Below, piece by piece: positions 43,901-52,718 of a stretch of DNA of 64,000 bases. A model generated the notes under the pieces. That model was not told the DNA's origin, did not search any database, and saw only the letters and a list, made by a program, of their open reading frames with translations. Source of the DNA: an uncultured Alphaproteobacteria bacterium (GTDB lineage Bacteria; Pseudomonadota; Alphaproteobacteria; Rs-D84); NCBI GenBank assembly GCA_934272785.1, contig CAKQSE010000007.1:1151-65150 (forward strand), read 5' to 3'. Each line of letters opens with the position of its first letter. Position 1 is the first letter of the stretch. Both the position numbers and the translations under genes were made by a program.

Positions 43901-46693
43901 AACATATGCCAAATCGCCCGTCGCGCGATATCCCACCAAATATTTTGCCCCAGATACGCGGGTTGTTGCGGCGGCGCGAACACTGCGACCGGAATCGCCC
44001 TCGAACCCCTGGGCGGTGATGGACAACGTATATGTTCCCATTGGAATTGTGTCGTTAAATGCGATGTCAAAACTGGCCGCGCCGTCGTTATCAGTGCGAA
44101 CGTCGGGCAAATCAATCGTAAATGTTTGCGCGTCGCGGGCGGTGCTGTCACTGAGGCCGGTCCCAGAAACAAAATTTGTTGTGAATTTATAATCGGCGTA
44201 TCCCGGGAAAGTGAAATTCGTCGGGCGCAGTGATGCGTGCACCGATATGCGTTTATCTGTGGCGGGCGTGCCAAACAGGTTGCGCAATGAAACGTTTGCG
44301 CGCATGTTGTCTGGTGAAATCCATCCGTTGTCCGATGTGTCGACAATCGTTGTCGTTATTTTCAGATTGTCTGGGACAAAGTCGGCAACGCGAAATGTGG
44401 TGCTGCCCAGTGTGCTGTCAATATTGTTGCGCGCGTCCAGTGAATACAGGTGAATTTGGTATTCGCCGGTTTGGGCGGTGGCCGGAATATCGTATTTTAC
44501 GTCAAACATACCGTCGTGCGTGGCGGAAAATGTTTTTGCATATGCGTCGCGGCCGCGCGGGTCGCGAATTTCCAGTCGCACCGGGACCCCCGCCAGGGAT
44601 TTGAACGACTTGTTCTTGACAATGCCACCGATTACCATGTTTTCGCCTGTGCGATAAATGCCACGGTCGGTGAATATAAATGCGTTCAGTGGCGCGTTGC
44701 CATATGAATACACGCCATCAACATCGAACTTGGAATAATCGACCGTCGGCGCGGTTGCATTGTATGGAATAAATGACACGTCGGTCCCGCGGCGTGCGAC
44801 GATTGCAACCGGTTCGCGTGCGCCACGATATTCGTCCCACGACAGCACTGGCAAATCTGCGCGTCCGTTTTCATCGGTGCGACCCGCCCACACGGCGTTG
44901 CCGTTGCGGCCCAGAATTGATATTTCAACATCGGCGGCGGGCGCGCCATCGGACAATTGCACGACAAACAATGCAGATGCGTCGGTGGTTGATAATTTGC
45001 GTATAATTCCCAAATCGGTCAGCAAAATCAGACGACGGTCACTGACGTCGGCGGCATTTTCATCGGCACCGGTTTGTATGACAAAGATACCTGTTTTATC
45101 CTGGGTTCGGTCCAGATAGTCGCCCAGGTTCACCGACGCATAATTTGTGCGTGTCATTGACGCGTCTGCAAATGGGATTTTTTTGTTAAATACAATTGAC
45201 ATATCATCGGTGCCAAACGCCCATGATTTGAATTCTATGTTTTCAGAAAAGATATTATACGTCTGGGAAATCAGGTGATTGATTTCGGACGATTTTATTT
45301 TATACAGATTTACATACGCCGCCGTGACGCCACCGCGCGCCATGATGGCCAGTTTTTTATCCCCACCCAGGGACAGTAATGCGCCACTGCCGGCGATTTG
45401 GACCGTGCGTGGTGGATATGGCACCGCCATAACGCGTGACGCGGCGTTTTTGACCGTAAAACCTGATTCTGATTTCAGGCCCGCCAAAACACGGACGTAT
45501 ATAAAGCGGTCACGTGTATCAGATACTGCATACGGGAACGCATATTGATAAACACCCGCGGGCGTAACAAAATCCGCACGTGTGGTGGCCATTTTTTCGG
45601 CCCCGCGTAATACGTCGTCGGTGATTTCATCCGCCGCCCAGTGATGCGTGCGATTGTCCGATTTTTCATCATCGTCTTTGAATTCTGGCAACAGATATAT
45701 TTCAACATACTGGGCCCAATTTGTTTTATTCTGGGCCGCGGCGGTCATATCAACCAGGACCAGCTGGCGCGCGTTGCCATTTGTATCGTCGGCCGCCGTT
45801 GTTGCGATGGACGCGACCTTGAATATATTATCCGCAGATTCAACGGTTGTGTGCGCGGTCAATTTCTGGGTTGCGCCATTGCCCGCCGCCGGCGATACGC
45901 GATTTAATTTCAGACGCACAATTTGCGCCGCGTTTGTGATTGATATCGGTGCGGTTGTTATAACGGCCGTGCGGTGAAATTTATCCAGTTTTATGTCAAA
46001 ATCCAGTTTCTTGTCATCCAGTTTAACCAAAACCTTGTCTGCAAAGTTTTCTGTATCAATTGGATAGTTAAACGATACAACCGCAACCCCAATCACAGAT
46101 TTATCGGCGTTGGGTGCCAGATACAGATTGAAACTGGATACCGTTGCGGTGATTTTTGGTGTTGTGAACGATATTGTCTTTTTATCCACAGACACATCGT
46201 CATTAAATAATTTTTTATCAATGCGGACCGTGAAATCAGTATCGGCGGGCCAATCAACCGCGGGCGTAAATACGATTTCATCGCCGCCGCCCTGGATATG
46301 GAACGTGCCACGCACAGTCGGTGTGATTTTTATGCCATTTGTAATGTCAGACTGGGTCAGGGTGGGCTTTAATACCTGTTGATATGGGCCAGAATACCAA
46401 TTATAAGAAATGGTCAGTGGCATAATACCAGACACCGCACGATTATTGTTGGCGGTTGGGATGTCATTTGCGCCAAACAATACCGTGTTGTCATCACTAA
46501 ATTTTGCCGCCGTCACATCAGGAACAGAAACATGCATAACGGTTATATTTTCAGACCCGCGTGCGATAACGCGCCACAAGACAATTCCGCCAATTGCCGC
46601 AACAATGGCAACCGCCGCCGCAATAACAATGCGACGCCATTTATGTGGGCGGACATTTTTGTTTGGTTTGCGTGTGCGTTGATTCTTTTTCAT
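40943..46693 (-). CDS. Bacterial alpha-2-macroglobulin family protein (YfhM-like)
   Basis: 1916 aa with an N-terminal membrane anchor, the thioester motif FPCTEQ, and the conserved pairing with pbpC. Confidence 0.9.
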   Translation of the reverse strand: MKKNQRTRKPNKNVRPHKWRRIVIAAAVAIVAAIGGIVLWRVIARGSENITVMHVSVPDVTAAKFSDDNTVLFGANDIPTANNNRAVSGIMPLTISYNWYSGPYQQVLKPTLTQSDITNGIKITPTVRGTFHIQGGGDEIVFTPAVDWPADTDFTVRIDKKLFNDDVSVDKKTISFTTPKITATVSSFNLYLAPNADKSVIGVAVVSFNYPIDTENFADKVLVKLDDKKLDFDIKLDKFHRTAVITTAPISITNAAQIVRLKLNRVSPAAGNGATQKLTAHTTVESADNIFKVASIATTAADDTNGNARQLVLVDMTAAAQNKTNWAQYVEIYLLPEFKDDDEKSDNRTHHWAADEITDDVLRGAEKMATTRADFVTPAGVYQYAFPYAVSDTRDRFIYVRVLAGLKSESGFTVKNAASRVMAVPYPPRTVQIAGSGALLSLGGDKKLAIMARGGVTAAYVNLYKIKSSEINHLISQTYNIFSENIEFKSWAFGTDDMSIVFNKKIPFADASMTRTNYASVNLGDYLDRTQDKTGIFVIQTGADENAADVSDRRLILLTDLGIIRKLSTTDASALFVVQLSDGAPAADVEISILGRNGNAVWAGRTDENGRADLPVLSWDEYRGAREPVAIVARRGTDVSFIPYNATAPTVDYSKFDVDGVYSYGNAPLNAFIFTDRGIYRTGENMVIGGIVKNKSFKSLAGVPVRLEIRDPRGRDAYAKTFSATHDGMFDVKYDIPATAQTGEYQIHLYSLDARNNIDSTLGSTTFRVADFVPDNLKITTTIVDTSDNGWISPDNMRANVSLRNLFGTPATDKRISVHASLRPTNFTFPGYADYKFTTNFVSGTGLSDSTARDAQTFTIDLPDVRTDNDGAASFDIAFNDTIPMGTYTLSITAQGFEGDSGRSVRAAATTRVSGAKYLVGYRATGDLAYVSRGATRNVHLVALDHTGTPAAATGLRMRLVRRENLTSLVKDYSGYYKYQTVTRDKIINQSPIDIPVTGRTLRLDTDAPGTYFVQILDVADKALANIEYFVAGNQNAEMKSDTNAELKVKLSATEYKPGEKIAVSITAPYAGTGLITIERDRVYAYKWFHADTTTSVQHITVPDDFSGTGYVNVSFVRSIASRDIFTNPYAYAVAPFSVNLDEHRINVKLDVPDVVRDHKLNIKYTADRDAHMMIFAVNTGILQVAKYTVPQPLKYFFQKSALQVTTYQTLSLLLPEYKILREFAKTGGGDVGPDAMEQILNNPFARRALPPVAFYSGIIDVTANTPGDIKFNLPEYFNGAVRVFAVATNATAMGSADTTVTVQSPVVISMSAPTVVAPGDKFDISGVISNLTDGTGADAIAHISARASDNLKLATTTDKIAIPENTERLFVTNVLAGDKLGNAQITLNAEIMADGAFKSRASATSDISVRPITTFQTTARTGIIDDTTTRIRTKPTPMFPDNASRELVISGNASVLMRPLVLYLENYDFPCTEQIVSATMPYVVAPNDAILGTRYSNSRTHIDDTIRALQSRQASDGSFELWPSTASVDVAAARNAATDATTAETTAYVAQFLTMARAAGFTVPRDMHDRAIDFLRDYAGGTITDAASARAVAHAIFVITQNNFVTTNYINLFQEYADKNIKNWQRDLMGTYIAAAYKIMHQDAQADALVAKYRTSDDDFEYTDMFTNNVANDAMHNYIVRNYFATTPDMTKSMQKYLDGGNYDSFTAATMIMGLHGMTSDGAIANITVSADGEKLSGTVADSALHITVPQNATRIEIKCPACTDNAAPYYSLISRGYPITDVDASNGMTVSREYLDSAGNRITSAKIGDIVTIRVFARARGTDMIPNVAITDLLPGGFVVDGDVNGDANFTQVRDDRVVIFADISRSGELFEYTAQLTTSGEFSVPPIHAESMYNPGIGATGDTSKFTVTNDQD

Positions 46694-46869
46694 GATGTTT
46701 CAGACCCCTTGTCCCAAAAATATGTGTTTATTCTAAAAGGTGAAACATAAAAAGACAAGTCTAAATATGATTTTTTTATGTTATAAAAAACCTAAATTTT
46801 AGTATTTTTTATCATCGGGGGATGGATAAAAAGGAGGTAATAATAATTTAACCACCACAGGAGTGTAAA

Positions 46870-47520
46870 TTGATATACGGATATATACGTGTGTCGACAG
46901 ACCACCAAACAACAGAAAACCAACGGTTTGAAATACAACGCTTTTGCGAAAATCAAAATATATCTATTGATTGTTGGATAGAAGAAACAATTTCGTCAAC
47001 CAAGGATTTATCAAAGCGCAAATTAGGCCGATTGATAAAACGATTACAGAAAGATGATTTGTTGATTGCGTCAGAATTGTCACGTCTGGGGCGTAATTTG
47101 TTACAGGTTATGAGTATTCTGCACCACTGTATGGATGTTGGGGCAAAAATATGGACGATAAAAGATAATTATCGTTTGGGGTCTGATATCACCAGCAAGG
47201 TTCTGGCATTTGCATTTGGATTGTCGGCGGAAATTGAACGCAATTTGATATCCCAGCGCACCAAAGAGGCACTGGCCCGTGTCAAGGCCCAGGGTGGTCG
47301 TATCGGTCGCCCATCGGGCAGTCGTAATGCATGCAAATTGGCGGGGCGCGAACGATATATTCACCAGAAATTAAATGATGGTCGTTATCGATGTGAAATT
47401 GCGCGACGGTTGCGCGTTCATCGCGATACGCTGAATAAATTTATCAGTGCGCGCGGGATTGTCGTCGCGGGGGCGACGGGTGACCTAGAACTGGAGACGC
47501 CATGTCCCCAGCATGTATAA
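46870..47520 (+). CDS. Serine recombinase (resolvase/invertase family), orphan
   Basis: TTG start with an AGGAG RBS. N-terminal IYGYIRVSTDHQ (catalytic Ser) and a C-terminal HTH-like CEIARRLRVHRDTLNKFI. The upstream flank is AT-rich. Confidence 0.88.
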   Translation: MIYGYIRVSTDHQTTENQRFEIQRFCENQNISIDCWIEETISSTKDLSKRKLGRLIKRLQKDDLLIASELSRLGRNLLQVMSILHHCMDVGAKIWTIKDNYRLGSDITSKVLAFAFGLSAEIERNLISQRTKEALARVKAQGGRIGRPSGSRNACKLAGRERYIHQKLNDGRYRCEIARRLRVHRDTLNKFISARGIVVAGATGDLELETPCPQHV

Positions 47521-49305
47521 TTCATCGGTGCCATATGGATTATCAACAAATCCGACGGTCATGAATTTATATTTTGCCGAAATATCAACCGATGGGCGCG
47601 TGACCAGGTCGGCGGTATAATCGCCGTATATAATCGTGCCGTCTGGCGCGCGTCCCACGGGCAGGTGCATTTTCATGTCGCCTGAAATCACGGTGTCTGG
47701 GACGGCAACGCTGAACGTCCAATCGCGAACGCGGGCGGCGACGGAAAATGACGCGGTTGTTATGTCTGAAAATCCGGCGACAAACGAATTAGTTGTCGTT
47801 TGCGGACGCGCAAATCCAATTGTTGCGTTTTGGGATATTTCGGCGTCCATAAGTTCCCATGTGTTTGTTGCGCCAATAAAGCTGATGAAGTTTTGGTGAT
47901 CTGTATCCAGAAATCCACTGGTGGGCAAGAAATCCGCGCTGCGCATACCCATTTGGATATTGCCGGTGGTGATTGTGGTGGTCGCGCGTCCATCGCGCAG
48001 GTGTCGCCACCCCATTGACGGGTTTTGGATTGAAATATTGTCGCCCAGGTCGCCCGCAAACGCGCGTCCGTATTTATCAAAATACGCAAATTTGGGGTTG
48101 GCGGATTTTATACTGTGCGCAATCTGGCCCGATACGCGCGCGGTGCGCAGTGGCTGCATCACGCCGTCATCCATCGGGACCAGTGCCGCCCCCACGGGTC
48201 GTGTTGCGCGTTCCAAATCCAGCATTCCGTGACCGTATACCGCGTCAACGCCGGGCGCGCCCAGATCACGTGCGGTTTCAAATAATAATGACGTTACCTG
48301 GGGGGCGGTCATGTATGGAAATGCCTGGCGCACGGTGGCGATTGCCGCCGATACAATTGGGGCAGCAAAACTGGTGCCATCGGCGGGTGTGCCGTCGTCG
48401 GTAATCAGACTGCCGGGGGCGGTTATGCACCAGTCGCGCGTGATACCACATGCGTTGCTGTAATCGGCCAGCCGGCCCGTGGCATTATCAAACGCAACGA
48501 CGTTTATAAAGTGACCGCGCAGTTCGGGCATGACCCGTGGCATTGCGGACAGCATACTGGATTGGTTCGCGCCATCGTTCCCGGCGGCCCAGACGAAAAT
48601 CGCGTCACGTGCGATCGCAGCGTTGGAAATTTCGGCAACAAATCCCGCATCGGTCAGGCGTTCCAGTTGCGCGCGTGACTTTAATTCTGTTGCGCGCATA
48701 CCGACAGACCAACTGGCGTTATAAACGTGCGCGTCGTGTGCGCTGGCGATAACGTTTGCGATTTCTGCGTATGACAGAAAGTCCATGTCGCTGTTGGTAA
48801 TCTTGTATTCTGTGACGTTGGCGTCTGGGGCGACCGCGCCCGATGCAAATGACGCAACCGTGCGGCCGTGCCATGTATCCAGACCCGCGTCCAGTACGGC
48901 GATATTTGTGCCGGCCCCACGCCATCCGCGCCCCAATGACCAGGCCAGGCGGATACTGGTATATTGATTGTAATTACGTGAAAATGTGTCGGTGCCCATT
49001 ATCCCGGCCAGGTGCGCTGAATCCACGTCGTCGCCGACATAAAATATGTTTGTGGTCAGTGTTGGTGTTGTTGCACCGCCACCCCCGCCACCGGTGCCGC
49101 CGGCCGCCAAACCAACCAGGGCCAATGCGCTGGCCGCGATGGTTGTGCCACCAATCAGTGTTGTTGCGCCACCGAAAAACATGTTACATTCATCGGGATT
49201 GTTTTTGCGATATGTCGGATTTGTGCAATTATTGACCGCCAGTGCATCCATACACACAGTGGACATAAATATGGTTGCGGTAATAATGCCTGGCAATGAT
49301 TTCAT
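47485..49305 (-). CDS. Subtilisin-like (S8) serine protease, probable autotransporter
   Basis: Catalytic triad contexts AVLDAG, WHG and GTSFAAP. Signal peptide, poly-Gly linker, and a C-terminal region of about 250 aa ending ...GTWRLQF. It overlaps the recombinase 3' end convergently by 36 nt. Confidence 0.8.
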   Translation of the reverse strand: MKSLPGIITATIFMSTVCMDALAVNNCTNPTYRKNNPDECNMFFGGATTLIGGTTIAASALALVGLAAGGTGGGGGGATTPTLTTNIFYVGDDVDSAHLAGIMGTDTFSRNYNQYTSIRLAWSLGRGWRGAGTNIAVLDAGLDTWHGRTVASFASGAVAPDANVTEYKITNSDMDFLSYAEIANVIASAHDAHVYNASWSVGMRATELKSRAQLERLTDAGFVAEISNAAIARDAIFVWAAGNDGANQSSMLSAMPRVMPELRGHFINVVAFDNATGRLADYSNACGITRDWCITAPGSLITDDGTPADGTSFAAPIVSAAIATVRQAFPYMTAPQVTSLLFETARDLGAPGVDAVYGHGMLDLERATRPVGAALVPMDDGVMQPLRTARVSGQIAHSIKSANPKFAYFDKYGRAFAGDLGDNISIQNPSMGWRHLRDGRATTTITTGNIQMGMRSADFLPTSGFLDTDHQNFISFIGATNTWELMDAEISQNATIGFARPQTTTNSFVAGFSDITTASFSVAARVRDWTFSVAVPDTVISGDMKMHLPVGRAPDGTIIYGDYTADLVTRPSVDISAKYKFMTVGFVDNPYGTDELYMLGTWRLQF

Positions 49306-49528
49306 ACTGAAAGACTAGCACACAAAAATATTTTGTCAATCTAAATCCCAGGAATATAAATATGGACAAAATTTCAATTTCTGCTTGATTTTATTGGGCA
49401 ATTGTTCTATTATCGGGCTACACGTGAATGCGTGAATAACACAACCGTTGGACAAGATTTCTGTCCGGATTTGAAAAATCTGGTCTGGGGTCCACGGCGA
49501 GGATAACAACAGAAAAAAGGATAAAATC

Positions 49529-50374
49529 ATGGCATTGCCAACATTTACTATGAAACAGTTGATGGAAGCGGGCGTCCATTTCGGTCACCACACACGTCGC
49601 TGGAATCCGTTGATGACACCGTATGTTTATGGGGTCAAGGATAAAATCCACATCATCAATTTGAACAAAACTGCACCGTTGCTGTATCGTTCCCTGGTTG
49701 CATTGGAAGCAATCGCGGCCGCCGGCGGCAAGGTTCTGTTTGTTGCGACCAAGCACCAGGCCAAAGACATTGTCAAAGACGCCGCTGAACGTTGCGGTCA
49801 ATACTATGTCAACAACCGTTGGTTGGGTGGTATGCTGACAAACTGGACAACAGTTTCACAGTCTATTCGCCGTCTGAAAAAGATGGAAGCGGACATTGCA
49901 AACGCCGACAAATTGGGTCTGACCAAAAAAGAAGTCGGTGTTATGACCAAAGAAGTTGAAAAACTGCGTGAAATCTTTGGTGGTATTTTGGATATGCACG
50001 GCACGCCCCAGGCGATGATTGTCATTGACGTTCCACGCGAAATCAATGCAGTCCGCGAAGCGCGCAACCTGGACATCCCAACAATCGCCATCTGTGATAC
50101 AAACGCGAATCCAGAATTGGTTGATTACCCAGTTCCGGGCAACGACGACGCCGCACGTGCAACCCAGTTGTATTGTGACCTGTTCGTTGACGCAATCTTG
50201 TCTGGTATTGAAAAACGTTTGGGCGGCGCGGCCGGTAAAAAGGTCGAAGCAGACATGTCTGCGGCCGATGATTTCGAAGCGGGTGTCAAAGACAAAGAAG
50301 CACGCCAGAAATCAAAAACATCCGAAGCACGCGCAGAACGTCGCGGCAAATTGGCAGACAAGGCGGATAAATAA
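49529..50374 (+). CDS. rpsB: 30S ribosomal protein S2
   Basis: MKQLMEAGVHFGHHTRRWNP signature. 281 aa with an acidic/basic C-terminal tail. Confidence 0.95.
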   Translation: MALPTFTMKQLMEAGVHFGHHTRRWNPLMTPYVYGVKDKIHIINLNKTAPLLYRSLVALEAIAAAGGKVLFVATKHQAKDIVKDAAERCGQYYVNNRWLGGMLTNWTTVSQSIRRLKKMEADIANADKLGLTKKEVGVMTKEVEKLREIFGGILDMHGTPQAMIVIDVPREINAVREARNLDIPTIAICDTNANPELVDYPVPGNDDAARATQLYCDLFVDAILSGIEKRLGGAAGKKVEADMSAADDFEAGVKDKEARQKSKTSEARAERRGKLADKADK

Positions 50375-50403
50375 TTAAATCTTTAATAAATGGGAGAAAA
50401 ACA

Positions 50404-51273
50404 ATGGCAGAAGTAACCGCAAAAATGATTCAAGAACTGCGTGAAAAAACATCCGCAGGTATGATGGATTGCAAGAAAGCATTGGTTGAATCAAATGGCG
50501 ATATCGAAGCGGCGGCCGACTGGTTGCGCCAAAAGGGTATTGTCAAGGCGGCATCCAAGGCCGGCCGCGTTGCGGCATCTGGTTTGGTGACCGTTGTAAA
50601 ATGCGACAATATGGGTTGCGTTGTTGAATTGAACGCTGAAACAGACTTTGTTGCGAAAAACGACAAGTTCCAGAAATTGGTTGCCGATGTTGCGGCCAAG
50701 GCATTGGAACTGGGCGGTGATTTCGACGCGACAATGGCGGCGGTCAAAGATGACATCGCGGCAACTATTTCCACAATTGGTGAAAATATGACATTGCGCC
50801 GTATTGCCAAGGTTTCTGGCCAGCATATTTACACATACATCCACAACGCATTGGTTCCGGGTATGGGCCAGATTGGTGTTGCGGTTGCAATTGATGGCGA
50901 TTCCGACAAAATCGATGAAATCGGCAACAAGATTGCAATGCACATCGCGGCAAATAAACCTGAATTTATGACGATTGCCGATGTTGACCCGGCCGCGGTT
51001 GAACGCGAAAAGAAAGTGTTCATCGAATCCGGTGCCACCGCTGGCAAGCCAGAGGCTGTGGTTGAAAAAATGGTCCAGGGCCGTATCCACAAATACTATG
51101 CGGAAACCGTTCTGGAAGAACAGCCGTTCGTTATGGATCCATCCAAGACCGTCAAAGACGTTGTTGCCGAACACGGTGGCAAACTGGCTGGCTTTGCGTA
51201 TTACGTTCTGGGCGAAGGTATCCAGAAACGCGAAGACAACCTGGCGGACGAGGTTGCAAAGATGTTGGCATAA
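50404..51273 (+). CDS. tsf: Elongation factor Ts
   Basis: ELREKTSAGMMDCKKAL N-terminal UBA-like motif. It lies directly downstream of rpsB. Confidence 0.95.
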   Translation: MAEVTAKMIQELREKTSAGMMDCKKALVESNGDIEAAADWLRQKGIVKAASKAGRVAASGLVTVVKCDNMGCVVELNAETDFVAKNDKFQKLVADVAAKALELGGDFDATMAAVKDDIAATISTIGENMTLRRIAKVSGQHIYTYIHNALVPGMGQIGVAVAIDGDSDKIDEIGNKIAMHIAANKPEFMTIADVDPAAVEREKKVFIESGATAGKPEAVVEKMVQGRIHKYYAETVLEEQPFVMDPSKTVKDVVAEHGGKLAGFAYYVLGEGIQKREDNLADEVAKMLA

Positions 51274-51297
51274 TTTACATTGCCGATACGAAAAAAA

Positions 51298-51323
51298 TAC
51301 CGCCACACGGCGGTATTTTTTTT
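51298..51323 (+). terminator. Rho-independent terminator after tsf
   Basis: taccgcc-acac-ggcggta hairpin followed by a T-run. Confidence 0.8.
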
Positions 51324-51406
51324 AGAGAGCAGAGAGAAGAGAGCAGAGAGCAATGAATTTAGTTCCCCTCTGGCCAGAGGGGTGGCACGAAGTGCCGTGG
51401 TGTCGG
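51324..51406. repeat. Mosaic repeat block E (minimal two-module copy)
   Basis: agagagcagagagaagagagcagagagcaatg is followed by gttcccctctggccagaggggtggcacgaagtgccgtggtgtcg. The reverse complement of the second module occurs at 1434-1478 and 25478-25522. Confidence 0.85.
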
Positions 51407-51503
51407 TATAACAATGAGGGGTTCGCGGCGCGCCGTCGTGATATAAAATATTTGCGCGGGGGGTAAAACTCTGCTAGCATTGTGGGCATAAGGAAATAAT
51501 CAG

Positions 51504-52718
51504 ATGAAAAATGAATTGTTACAGGAACTGGACGCGCGCGGTTTTATCAACCAGGCGTCTAATATGGACGCGCTGAACGATGCGCTGAATGCGGGACGTG
51601 TGACCGTGTATTGGGGCACCGATCCAACCGGGGATTCGCTGCATGTCGGGCACCTGGCGTCGTTGATGTTGATGCGTTGGTTCCAGAAATACGGTCATCG
51701 TCCAATTGCGTTGGTTGGTGGTGCAACGGGGCGTATTGGCGACCCGTCTGGTCGGGACAAGGGACGCCCAATGCTGACCGACGAACAAATTGAACACAAT
51801 TGTGCGGGATTGCGCCACTCGATTTCAAAATTTATTCACTTTGATGATGGTGCCGATGGCGCGGTTATGGTTGACAATAACGATTGGATGAGTGGATACA
51901 GCCATATGGATTTCTTGCGCGAATTTGGGACGGATTTTACCGTGCCGCGTATGTTGGGTATGGAAAGTGTTCGTCGCCGTTTGGAAAATGGTATGACGTT
52001 TCTGGAATTTAATTACATGACATTCCAGGCGGTTGATTTCTTGACACTGTATAAAAAATATAATTGCACGGTGCAACTGTGTGGTGCCGATCAATGGGGC
52101 AACAGTGTTATGGGCGTTGAGCTGGTGCGTAAAAAATTGGGCAAGGAAGTTTTTGTCCTGTCGACCCAGTTGATTACCGACGCCAATGGCAACAAGATTG
52201 GTAAATCCGCCGGCAATGCCGTTTGGGTGAACGAAGATAAAACATCGCCATATGAATATTACCAGTATTTCCGCAACACGCCGGATGATTTGGTGGAAAA
52301 ATTCTTGAAGATATTTACAGAGATTCCATTGGATGAAATCGCGCGCCTGGCGGCGGCGCGTGGTGCAGAATTGAACGCGGTAAAGCGCGTGTTGGCGTTT
52401 AATGCGACCGAAATCGCGCATGGTCATGACGCGGCTGTGGCGGCGCAAAATGCGGCCGACGCATTGTTCGGTGGCGGGGCAAAGTCTGAAAATATGCCAA
52501 CGGCAGAAATTGAATTTGGTGCGGCAATGGGTATCTTGGATTTCCTGTGTGCGGCGGGACTGTTCACGTCCAAGTCCGAGGCACGCCGTAACGTAGAGCA
52601 GGGCGGTATCCAGCTGGATGGTGAAAAAATCACCGATCCGAAATATACGGTTGCGCTGGCCGACGAAATCATTGTGCAAAAGGGTAAAAAGACGTTCTTG
52701 CGCGTTGTAAAGAAATAA
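51504..52718 (+). CDS. tyrS: Tyrosine--tRNA ligase
   Basis: HIGH motif HVGHL, KMSKS-type KIGKS, and a C-terminal S4-like domain. Confidence 0.93.
   Translation: MKNELLQELDARGFINQASNMDALNDALNAGRVTVYWGTDPTGDSLHVGHLASLMLMRWFQKYGHRPIALVGGATGRIGDPSGRDKGRPMLTDEQIEHNCAGLRHSISKFIHFDDGADGAVMVDNNDWMSGYSHMDFLREFGTDFTVPRMLGMESVRRRLENGMTFLEFNYMTFQAVDFLTLYKKYNCTVQLCGADQWGNSVMGVELVRKKLGKEVFVLSTQLITDANGNKIGKSAGNAVWVNEDKTSPYEYYQYFRNTPDDLVEKFLKIFTEIPLDEIARLAAARGAELNAVKRVLAFNATEIAHGHDAAVAAQNAADALFGGGAKSENMPTAEIEFGAAMGILDFLCAAGLFTSKSEARRNVEQGGIQLDGEKITDPKYTVALADEIIVQKGKKTFLRVVKK

Noticed and set aside
46690-46750. Invertible promoter next to the serine recombinase (atgtttca ... tgaaacat inverted match; a similar 8-bp match attttgtc/gacaaaat lies at about 49334-49385)
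   Set aside because: The arms are only 8 bp in AT-rich DNA, which is expected by chance, and the spacing is only about 40 bp. This is not sufficient to call an invertible element.
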